In this document: piece after piece, positions 1-6,345 of the stretch
Numbering within the stretch: position 1 is the first letter of the stretch
Layout of the letters: every line of letters starts with the position of its first letter
Notes under the pieces: generated by a model
Database searches by the model: none
Told to the model about the DNA's origin: nothing
What the model saw: only the letters and a program-made list of their open reading frames with translations
IMG/VR virus record: IMGVR_UViG_3300032086_003047
Span: 1 to 58,949 of that record
From: a virus
Taxonomy: Duplodnaviria; Caudoviricetes
Length of the DNA: 58,949 nt
Direction: 5' to 3' (one strand)
Made by a program: the position numbers and the translations under genes

Positions 1-378
1 TTAGCTTTAAACAAGTTGGGGTTTGATGAGCCTTGTGTTGCAGTTTATTATGGGAATTATGATGAACGTGACTTTGAAAATGGTATAGCTTTAGAATATA
101 GGCAATCACAGTATTATGCTCAAAAAGGTTGGTCTAAAGGTTTGTTAGCACCACTATACCAACAAGCATTTAGATGGTTTAGGGAGGAGTATAAATTATT
201 TGGTGAAGTTTGTCTTACAACTAAACAAGAAGATTGTGAGGTATTTGAGTTTTTTGTGTTAAATATAAATGAACCTCTATTTGAATCAGATGATTATACT
301 GTTTATGAAAAAGCTAAACTTGCTTGTCTTAGAAAACTAATTGAAATAGTAAACCAAAACAAAGATGAAAACAATTAA
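1..378 (+). CDS. hypothetical phage protein, 5'-truncated by the window edge
   Basis: Frame is open from base 1 (LALNKLGFDEPC...) and ends across the AAACCAAAACAAAGATGA junction motif. Confidence 0.7.
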   Translation, partial: LALNKLGFDEPCVAVYYGNYDERDFENGIALEYRQSQYYAQKGWSKGLLAPLYQQAFRWFREEYKLFGEVCLTTKQEDCEVFEFFVLNINEPLFESDDYTVYEKAKLACLRKLIEIVNQNKDENN

Positions 379-523
379 AGCAGAGGAGAAGATGATTCCT
401 TTAAGTGAGATTAGACGTATTCTCATAAAATTCTATCAAGGGTTAAAAGGTTTGACAGAAGAGAAGGATAGAATGCATCTAACTTACGATGAATTAGACA
501 AATGGATTGAAGAAAACCTTTAA
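365..523 (+). CDS. 52-aa hypothetical protein (not in the ORF track)
   Basis: Hand translation MKTIKAEEKMIPLSEIRRILIKFYQGLKGLTEEKDRMHLTYDELDKWIEENL*; starts in one junction repeat and stops at the next. Confidence 0.7.
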   Translation: MKTIKAEEKMIPLSEIRRILIKFYQGLKGLTEEKDRMHLTYDELDKWIEENL

Positions 524-535
524 ACCAAAACAAAG

Positions 536-1369
536 ATGATAAAGCACCAGAAAACTAAAACTCTGGTCACCAAACCCAATAACAATAGTGCAAATTGTAT
601 AGCACCAAACTTAGTTTATGGTTGTTTTGGTGGCTGTATAGATACATACTGTTATATGTCTAGATACAATGGACATAGAGTATTTGTAAATGAAAACGTT
701 GATGATATATTTAACTCTGTTGTAGAGTGGGAGAAAACATTTACTAAGGAACCTGATCAACAGGATCCTATATACACAATGGTAGATATTGCTTGTAATA
801 CTGACTTAGTATTAATGCAGAAACATTTACCAGAACCCTTGATAGATTATCTTAAGAGATATGATAATCATCCACAGCTTAATACAACTATGGCTACTAA
901 GTATCCAAACCTATTAAACTTGGATGTAAGAGATTTTAATAAATCACCAAGAGTAAGAGTGAGTTTAATGCCTCAAAAGTTTGCTGATATACTTGAGCCT
1001 AAGATGCAAAAGATTGAAAGCAGGATACATGAGATAAACAGATTAAAAGATTTAGGATGGGAAGTTCATATAAACTATAGCCCATTGGTATTTACTAATG
1101 GTTGGAAAGATGAATATAGAGATCTATTTGAAGCTGTTAAAGAGATAGCAGGAGTTAATAAATGTGAAGTAATTGCATTAACTAATCATCACTATCAAAT
1201 GGAAAAAGCTTCACCAGAAGCACAGGAGTTAATGAAATATTCTTGTGAAGTGAAGAATAACTCAGGAGTAATGCGTTATCCACTCAAATGGAAAACAGGT
1301 TGGCTCAATGAGTTTAAGAAAGAATATGAGAAGTTCTTTCCATTAGATACAATTAGATACATATTTTAA
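536..1369 (+). CDS. splB: spore photoproduct lyase-family radical SAM protein
   Basis: GCFGGCIDTYCY Cys triad; DIACNTD (resembles the SplB ASCTSD segment with the H-donor Cys); ATKY, RVRVSL and INYSP segments in SplB order. Confidence 0.8.
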   Translation: MIKHQKTKTLVTKPNNNSANCIAPNLVYGCFGGCIDTYCYMSRYNGHRVFVNENVDDIFNSVVEWEKTFTKEPDQQDPIYTMVDIACNTDLVLMQKHLPEPLIDYLKRYDNHPQLNTTMATKYPNLLNLDVRDFNKSPRVRVSLMPQKFADILEPKMQKIESRIHEINRLKDLGWEVHINYSPLVFTNGWKDEYRDLFEAVKEIAGVNKCEVIALTNHHYQMEKASPEAQELMKYSCEVKNNSGVMRYPLKWKTGWLNEFKKEYEKFFPLDTIRYIF

Positions 1370-1380
1370 ACCAAAAGAAG

Positions 1381-1677
1381 ATGAAGATTAAACAAAAGGA
1401 CATAACAATTGATGATGTATTTCCTGAATATAAAAAAGCTCATGCTGGGGTAAAAAGACAAATGAGACATGTTTTTGCAAAAGAAAGCAGACCTTTATAC
1501 TGTCCCGTATGTCACAGAGAACATACGGGAAATGAGTTAAAGCTTAATGGTATGCAGTGTCATGGATATGGCATAGAACTAATAGTACCTGGATGGGGAT
1601 CACCTAGAATAATGCCTGACAAGGATGCTAGAGAACAACTTATTAAATTAATAACCCAAAACAAAGATGATTTCTAA
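1381..1677 (+). CDS. hypothetical protein, possible zinc-binding (CPVCH...C)
   Basis: ORF bounded by junction repeats; CxxC motif. Confidence 0.65.
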   Translation: MKIKQKDITIDDVFPEYKKAHAGVKRQMRHVFAKESRPLYCPVCHREHTGNELKLNGMQCHGYGIELIVPGWGSPRIMPDKDAREQLIKLITQNKDDF

Positions 1678-1786
1678 AATAGTTGAACGCATAGTAGATG
1701 CAATAGGTATAATAGTAATAATGCCAATTCTTGTAATAATAGGCACTATTGATATGTGGATAAACAAAAACAAAGAAGATGAATAG
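1667..1786 (+). CDS. 39-aa single-TM micro-protein (not in the ORF track)
   Basis: MISKIVERIVDAIGIIVIMPILVIIGTIDMWINKNKEDE*; bounded by junction repeats. Confidence 0.65.
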   Translation: MISKIVERIVDAIGIIVIMPILVIIGTIDMWINKNKEDE

Positions 1787-1985
1787 ATTAAAATATAAAC
1801 ATGAAATACCTTCCTATGAAGAAAAGGCAAAAGTTCTTAAAGAAAATGGTTGGGAAACTTGGTATGATGATGACAACTGGATAAAAACAGAATGGCGTGA
1901 CCAAGGTAAAAAGATTGATATGATGGGAAGGTCAACTGAATCAGCCTATAAAATTGTAAACCAAAACAAAGATGAGTTGGACTGA
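1779..1985 (+). CDS. hypothetical protein (Trp-rich)
   Basis: ORF bounded by junction repeats. Confidence 0.7.
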   Translation: MNRLKYKHEIPSYEEKAKVLKENGWETWYDDDNWIKTEWRDQGKKIDMMGRSTESAYKIVNQNKDELD

Positions 1986-2340
1986 TAAGGATATGCTACG
2001 TTTTGCACGTATTGCTAGTGGAGGTGCATACGGATTATATTCTGGGTGCAAATCACTAGAGAGTAAATTAAGTAGATACAAAAAACTAAGTAAAACTATG
2101 AGCAGGTATATTAAAGAATTAGAAAATGGAAAGACTGTAGCATATGGATATGATCATGTGTTAGGTTATTTCTTTGATGTGTTTGATGTTCCAGATGATG
2201 ATGGAGTAGAGAATCTATTAATAGAAGAATCATCACTATTAACTAAGATGAGCAATGGCAAAATGCTAGAGCTTATGAATGTTTATGAACTTCCAGAATC
2301 ACATATAGAACAAGTAGCAATGGATTTACCAATTAAATAA
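1972..2340 (+). CDS. hypothetical protein, possibly two fused small genes (internal ATG at 2098)
   Basis: Starts in a junction repeat; internal in-frame TAAAACTATG start context. Confidence 0.65.
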   Translation: MSWTDKDMLRFARIASGGAYGLYSGCKSLESKLSRYKKLSKTMSRYIKELENGKTVAYGYDHVLGYFFDVFDVPDDDGVENLLIEESSLLTKMSNGKMLELMNVYELPESHIEQVAMDLPIK

Positions 2341-2347
2341 GTAAGTT

Positions 2348-2530
2348 ATGAGATGTGTATTATGTAACTATGATATAAAAGGAGATGTGATTAATGGAGA
2401 GGCTAAAGTCTATGGTCATAACCCAGCTCCTTTAGCTGATGAAGGCAGATGTTGTGATCAATGCAACTATACTAAAGTAATTCAAGCTAGGATTAAACAG
2501 TTAAAAGATTCTAATAAAGAGAGTGCCTAG
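2348..2530 (+). CDS. small zinc-finger-like protein
   Basis: CVLC...GHNPAP...GRCCDQCN. Confidence 0.7.
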   Translation: MRCVLCNYDIKGDVINGEAKVYGHNPAPLADEGRCCDQCNYTKVIQARIKQLKDSNKESA

Positions 2531-2619
2531 CCATCAGCACCACCTGATTATATTGCAAAATTGCATGCAAGACACTCTCTCACCAGTATTAACTAAATAC
2601 AATATAAATCTAATAAATT

Positions 2620-2988
2620 ATGGGGAATAAACCGCCAAAACAAAATACAGAATGGACTGAGGAAATGAATCAGTACATAGTAAAGAATTATCTTTTAAAA
2701 GGTATAAGAGCAGTAGCTAAAGATTTAGGTAGAACTAAAGATGCTGTAAGAAGTCATATAAGCACGTTAAGAAATGAAGGTTACTTTGATAATATGTTTG
2801 ATGGCTTAAGTAGGGAAAAGCTGATATTTTATATACATACAATGCAAGAGTTCCATTATGATCTTCTAAATGATTTTAATAAAAGAGAAGAAGAGACTAA
2901 AAAGTGGATTGAAATGAATTTAGAAATGCATCATCTTATTTATAAGCAACTACTTAAAGATGTAATGGAAGAGAAAGAGAAAGTATAA
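2620..2988 (+). CDS. putative HTH DNA-binding protein
   Basis: WTEE...IRAVAKDLGRTKDAVRSH helix-turn-helix pattern. Confidence 0.55.
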   Translation: MGNKPPKQNTEWTEEMNQYIVKNYLLKGIRAVAKDLGRTKDAVRSHISTLRNEGYFDNMFDGLSREKLIFYIHTMQEFHYDLLNDFNKREEETKKWIEMNLEMHHLIYKQLLKDVMEEKEKV

Positions 2989-2989
2989 A

Positions 2990-3190
2990 ATGAAATTAGA
3001 TAGGTACAAAGAAAATCTAAAGATTGAAGACGATAAGGTAATAAGTTATGTTACACATGTCGCTACAATTGTAGATAATAAATATCTGGTAGTACATGGA
3101 TATTGGAGCAAAACAACATCAAAACATATCAATTATGTTGCAAAAGTGAAAAATTTAATCGTTACTAGTGATTTAGGAATTAAATCATGA
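2990..3190 (+). CDS. conserved small phage protein
   Basis: SYVTHVA...GYWSKTTSKHIN motif, recalled from many small phage proteins. Confidence 0.65.
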   Translation: MKLDRYKENLKIEDDKVISYVTHVATIVDNKYLVVHGYWSKTTSKHINYVAKVKNLIVTSDLGIKS

Positions 3191-3282
3191 TTGGACCGTT
3201 TATATTGTTTCTTATGCTAGTTGTATTCTTTGCTGCATTATCTATGCTAGATGATTTAAACAAAAAAGACAAGGAGGAATAA
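3187..3282 (+). CDS. 31-aa single-TM micro-protein (not in the ORF track)
   Basis: MIGPFILFLMLVVFFAALSMLDDLNKKDKEE*; ATGA overlap with the upstream stop; ends in the AAGGAGGAATAATTATG motif. Confidence 0.6.
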   Translation: MIGPFILFLMLVVFFAALSMLDDLNKKDKEE

Positions 3283-3284
3283 TT

Positions 3285-3665
3285 ATGGCACTAAATAAAA
3301 ACATAGCAAAAGCAATCAAGAGAAGACAGGAAAATGAATTGCGTGAGAATAACAAACTCATAGCAGAGTTTATGGGACTAATTATAAGAGATGAAGAAGG
3401 AGATCTACCTGTAAGCAGTCAACAACATAAACTATTCATAGAAGAAGAATGGGGTAAACTAGATATATGCAGCCCTTATAGTCCTAATGGAGTAGATTAC
3501 CACACCTCTTGGGATTACCTAATGCCTGTGGTAGAGAAGATAGGCAAAGAAGTTGCCCCTCACTTTGACGAAATTGTTGGCTTGGGTCTATTGAGTACAA
3601 GAAATCAGGTATATAGAGCAGTGGTAGAGTATATTAAAGAATATAACAAAAAGAAGGAGGACTAA
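3285..3665 (+). CDS. hypothetical protein, paralog 1 of tandem NNKLIAEFMG...SWDYLMPV family
   Basis: Motifs shared with the next two ORFs. Confidence 0.75.
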   Translation: MALNKNIAKAIKRRQENELRENNKLIAEFMGLIIRDEEGDLPVSSQQHKLFIEEEWGKLDICSPYSPNGVDYHTSWDYLMPVVEKIGKEVAPHFDEIVGLGLLSTRNQVYRAVVEYIKEYNKKKED

Positions 3666-3667
3666 TT

Positions 3668-3967
3668 ATGGACACAATAGAAAATAATAAACTTATAGCG
3701 GAGTTTATGGGATATGAATTGACTGTAACAGAAGCCATGGTACTGCCAGGTAGATCATATGGAGTTAACTTAAACCGCTTTGAAGAATCATGGGATTATC
3801 TGATGCCTGTAATAAAAGAGGTATCCGAATCTGAAGAAGCGTATGACATGGAATTAGACTTTCATGAGATTGCTTGTGAGATGCTTGATAATGATATTGA
3901 ACAAACTTACAAGTTGGTAGTACATACTATTAAACTAATTAATGAAAGCAGAGATAAGGAGGAATAA
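3668..3967 (+). CDS. hypothetical protein, paralog 2
   Basis: NNKLIAEFMG...SWDYLMPV. Confidence 0.75.
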   Translation: MDTIENNKLIAEFMGYELTVTEAMVLPGRSYGVNLNRFEESWDYLMPVIKEVSESEEAYDMELDFHEIACEMLDNDIEQTYKLVVHTIKLINESRDKEE

Positions 3968-3969
3968 TT

Positions 3970-4383
3970 ATGACAACAGATGAAAGAAACATATTAATGG
4001 CTGAATTTAAAGGCTGGAAATACAATGAAGAAACTGAAAAGTTTACAAAAGGATCATTGACTTTTCGTTTAGCATCATTTGAATATCACAAAAGCTGGAA
4101 TCAGCTAGTGCAAATCGTTAATCTTTGTAACAGAAGGGTTACTCTTATGGCAATTTGTCCTGAAGATCCACAATTTAAGTACTGGGATCAGCAAATAATG
4201 GAAAATCTTATTTTCGATTTCAATGATATGATTGAAGCTTATGGTTTAGCCTTTGTAAGTGATGATATAACACAAGCTCATAAAATAACAGCTGAGTGGA
4301 TTATTCAGTACATGGATGGCTATGAAGACGCTAGAAAGCAATATGAAGCTGATAAATATGAAGGCTATGAAAAAGATTATTAA
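3970..4383 (+). CDS. hypothetical protein, diverged paralog 3
   Basis: RNILMAEFKG...YHKSWNQLVQIV. Confidence 0.7.
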   Translation: MTTDERNILMAEFKGWKYNEETEKFTKGSLTFRLASFEYHKSWNQLVQIVNLCNRRVTLMAICPEDPQFKYWDQQIMENLIFDFNDMIEAYGLAFVSDDITQAHKITAEWIIQYMDGYEDARKQYEADKYEGYEKDY

Positions 4384-4459
4384 ATATTGGCGATTTATCC
4401 TTCTATTCGTAATACTAATTGGGTTACTAATCTATTCTAAATACATAATACATGTCTAA
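4367..4459 (+). CDS. 30-aa single-TM micro-protein (not in the ORF track)
   Basis: MKKIIKYWRFILLFVILIGLLIYSKYIIHV*; fills the gap between two genes and overlaps both. Confidence 0.5.
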   Translation: MKKIIKYWRFILLFVILIGLLIYSKYIIHV

Positions 4460-4793
4460 TCTTATAAAAGCTACTAAAGTTAAGATGAAAGAGGCGATAA
4501 AGATATTTAACGCTGGTGCAAGCAAACAGACTATTATGAATTTATTGGACATTGATGAGTTGGAGTACTACAAGTTCATTAAGATGATGTTAGGACTAAT
4601 TATTTATTACGAAGAGGGAGGTAAAAGGAAGCAATTTCCTTTGTATCAGAGATCTAAAACATTGCATTCTGTATTGAGAGATATGGACATGTATTTGATA
4701 GATGAAGACAGCTATGGTGGAGTGCAAGGTAAACTGCCTGAATATTCCATCTTAAGTGAAAGTGATGAAACGGTTGGGAATTATAAGCAATAA
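4452..4793 (+). CDS. hypothetical protein, possible N-terminal HTH
   Basis: EAIKIFNAGASKQTIMNLLDI pattern. Confidence 0.6.
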   Translation: MSNLIKATKVKMKEAIKIFNAGASKQTIMNLLDIDELEYYKFIKMMLGLIIYYEEGGKRKQFPLYQRSKTLHSVLRDMDMYLIDEDSYGGVQGKLPEYSILSESDETVGNYKQ

Positions 4794-4806
4794 TGTTGTA
4801 TATTAG
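4773..4806 (+). promoter_or_regulatory. candidate Bacteroidota-type promoter for the replication block
   Basis: GTTG-N22-TATATTAG resembles the Bacteroidota TTTG...TAnnTTTG consensus; same pattern at 21905 and 22306. Confidence 0.4.
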
Positions 4807-4827
4807 GGAGTTGCTGAAAAAAATGAC

Positions 4828-5730
4828 ATGTTAGTAGAGAATCAACCTAATGTGCATTCTTATCACCATGACTTAAAATCTATAAACGATAAGGTGCATA
4901 TTCTTATAGTTCCCGATATTCATTTCGACAATCCTAAATGTAGAAGGGACATCCTAAAAAAAGATCTTGATGAGGCGTTAGAAAAGAACGCAAGAATATT
5001 AATCCCAGGGGATTTGTTTTGTTTAATGCAAGGCAGATATGATCCAAGAAAATCAAAAGGTGATATTTTACCTCAACACAATGTAGATAACTACATTGAT
5101 GCTGTTGTGGAAGAAGCTGTAGAATGGTTTAAGCCATATGCTGAGAATATAGACGTAGTAGGTTACGGTAACCACGAGACAAATATTCTTAAACGTATAG
5201 AAACCAATGTCATAGAACGATTTGTATCTATGCTTAATTTTATAGCTAAACCAGAAAGTAAAGTATGTACTGGAGGTTATGGTGGATGGTATATTGTGAG
5301 AACTAAGAATCATGGTCGTAGTTTACCATATAACATTAAGTATTTTCACGGTAGTGGTGGTGGAGCTCCTGTAACTAAAGGAACCATTCAACACAACCGT
5401 ATGTCTACATACATACAAAATGCAGATGCTATTGTAATGGGACACGTACATAATGATTATGAAGTGACCTATTCGGTTGAGCTATTTGATAATAATCTCT
5501 CAAAAGTAAAGCATAAGGACGTTGTTATGTTACGATGCTCTACTTACAAGGATGAATATTTCAATCTTAAAGCAGGACCAGGATCATTAGGATGGCATAT
5601 TGAAAGAGGTGCTGCACCAAAGCCTATTGGGGGCAGATGGTTAGAACTTACTTACACTAGAGTTGAGACTGTCAACAAACCAGCTGTACATACTGTAAAA
5701 GGTAGATCTTACCGTACATCAAATTCTTAA
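4828..5730 (+). CDS. calcineurin-like metallophosphoesterase
   Basis: All five motifs present: DIHFD, GDLF, GNHE, FHG, GHVH. Confidence 0.88.
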   Translation: MLVENQPNVHSYHHDLKSINDKVHILIVPDIHFDNPKCRRDILKKDLDEALEKNARILIPGDLFCLMQGRYDPRKSKGDILPQHNVDNYIDAVVEEAVEWFKPYAENIDVVGYGNHETNILKRIETNVIERFVSMLNFIAKPESKVCTGGYGGWYIVRTKNHGRSLPYNIKYFHGSGGGAPVTKGTIQHNRMSTYIQNADAIVMGHVHNDYEVTYSVELFDNNLSKVKHKDVVMLRCSTYKDEYFNLKAGPGSLGWHIERGAAPKPIGGRWLELTYTRVETVNKPAVHTVKGRSYRTSNS

Positions 5731-5747
5731 ATTCAAATCAATTAATT

Positions 5748-5981
5748 ATGAAACACTATTCATTTGTGCTATTTTTAGCTACAGAGCTTATATCACTTTG
5801 GTGTATTTATCTAATATTCACTAATCCTGATCATGAGTTGTTAAAAAAGTTAGCGTTAAGTTTACTTACTGTTTTTTCACTTAACCTAGTATTATTTTTA
5901 ATCTACTTATTTATAGCATATGTCAAAGAAAAAACAACCCAAGACCAAAGTCACAAGCTGGCAGGACGAGATACTAAATAA
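5748..5981 (+). CDS. small two-TM membrane protein
   Basis: Two hydrophobic stretches; TTAATTATG start context. Confidence 0.6.
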   Translation: MKHYSFVLFLATELISLWCIYLIFTNPDHELLKKLALSLLTVFSLNLVLFLIYLFIAYVKEKTTQDQSHKLAGRDTK

Positions 5982-6345
5982 CGATGAGCAGCAATCAGGC
6001 TTTTTCAAAGAGATTGAAAACAGAAGAGTAGATCCTATTTTCGAAACACTAATAAGTGTATCAATGCTTTCAGAGCTGTTGATAGATGAAATGTGTAAGT
6101 TAAAGGGTACTGGATTATACAGAGATGATGTAAGAACACATGGAAAACAATTCCATTATTCCTTAATGAGTGCTACAATTGCATACATTCAGCAGTATGG
6201 TCCAGATGTAGCAAAGTATTTCGAAGAATTGGGAAGAGAAATGGCTGATGTATTTGATGTTATTATTCAGATGTCATCAGAACAACGTAAAGAATTACAC
6301 GATAACTTATTTAAAAAATACAATAATGGAAATTTTAGTGACTGA
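5920..6345 (+). CDS. hypothetical protein
   Basis: 141-aa ORF overlapping both neighbours. Confidence 0.65.
   Translation: MSKKKQPKTKVTSWQDEILNNDEQQSGFFKEIENRRVDPIFETLISVSMLSELLIDEMCKLKGTGLYRDDVRTHGKQFHYSLMSATIAYIQQYGPDVAKYFEELGREMADVFDVIIQMSSEQRKELHDNLFKKYNNGNFSD

Larger units (their letters stand above)
351..1975 (+). repeat. six copies of a gene-junction repeat, consensus AAACCAAAACAAAGATGA, each containing the ATG of the next gene
   Basis: Exact copies at 351-368, 522-539 and 1958-1975; variants at 1368-1384 (AAACCAAAAGAAGATGA), 1653-1670 (AACCCAAAACAAAGATGA) and 1762-1782 (AAACAAAAACAAAGAAGATGA). Confidence 0.9.
3271..3972 (+). repeat. three copies of junction motif AAGGAGGA(A/C)TAATTATG
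   Basis: At 3271-3287, 3654-3670 and 3956-3972; each contains the upstream stop and the downstream ATG. Confidence 0.9.

Noticed and set aside
351-1975. CRISPR array interpretation of the 18-nt repeats
   Set aside because: Spacing of about 110-850 nt is irregular, the spacers are whole genes, the repeat is not palindromic, and no cas genes are present
2518-2580. Hammerhead ribozyme
   Set aside because: Has CUGAUUA rather than CUGANGA and no correctly placed GAAA
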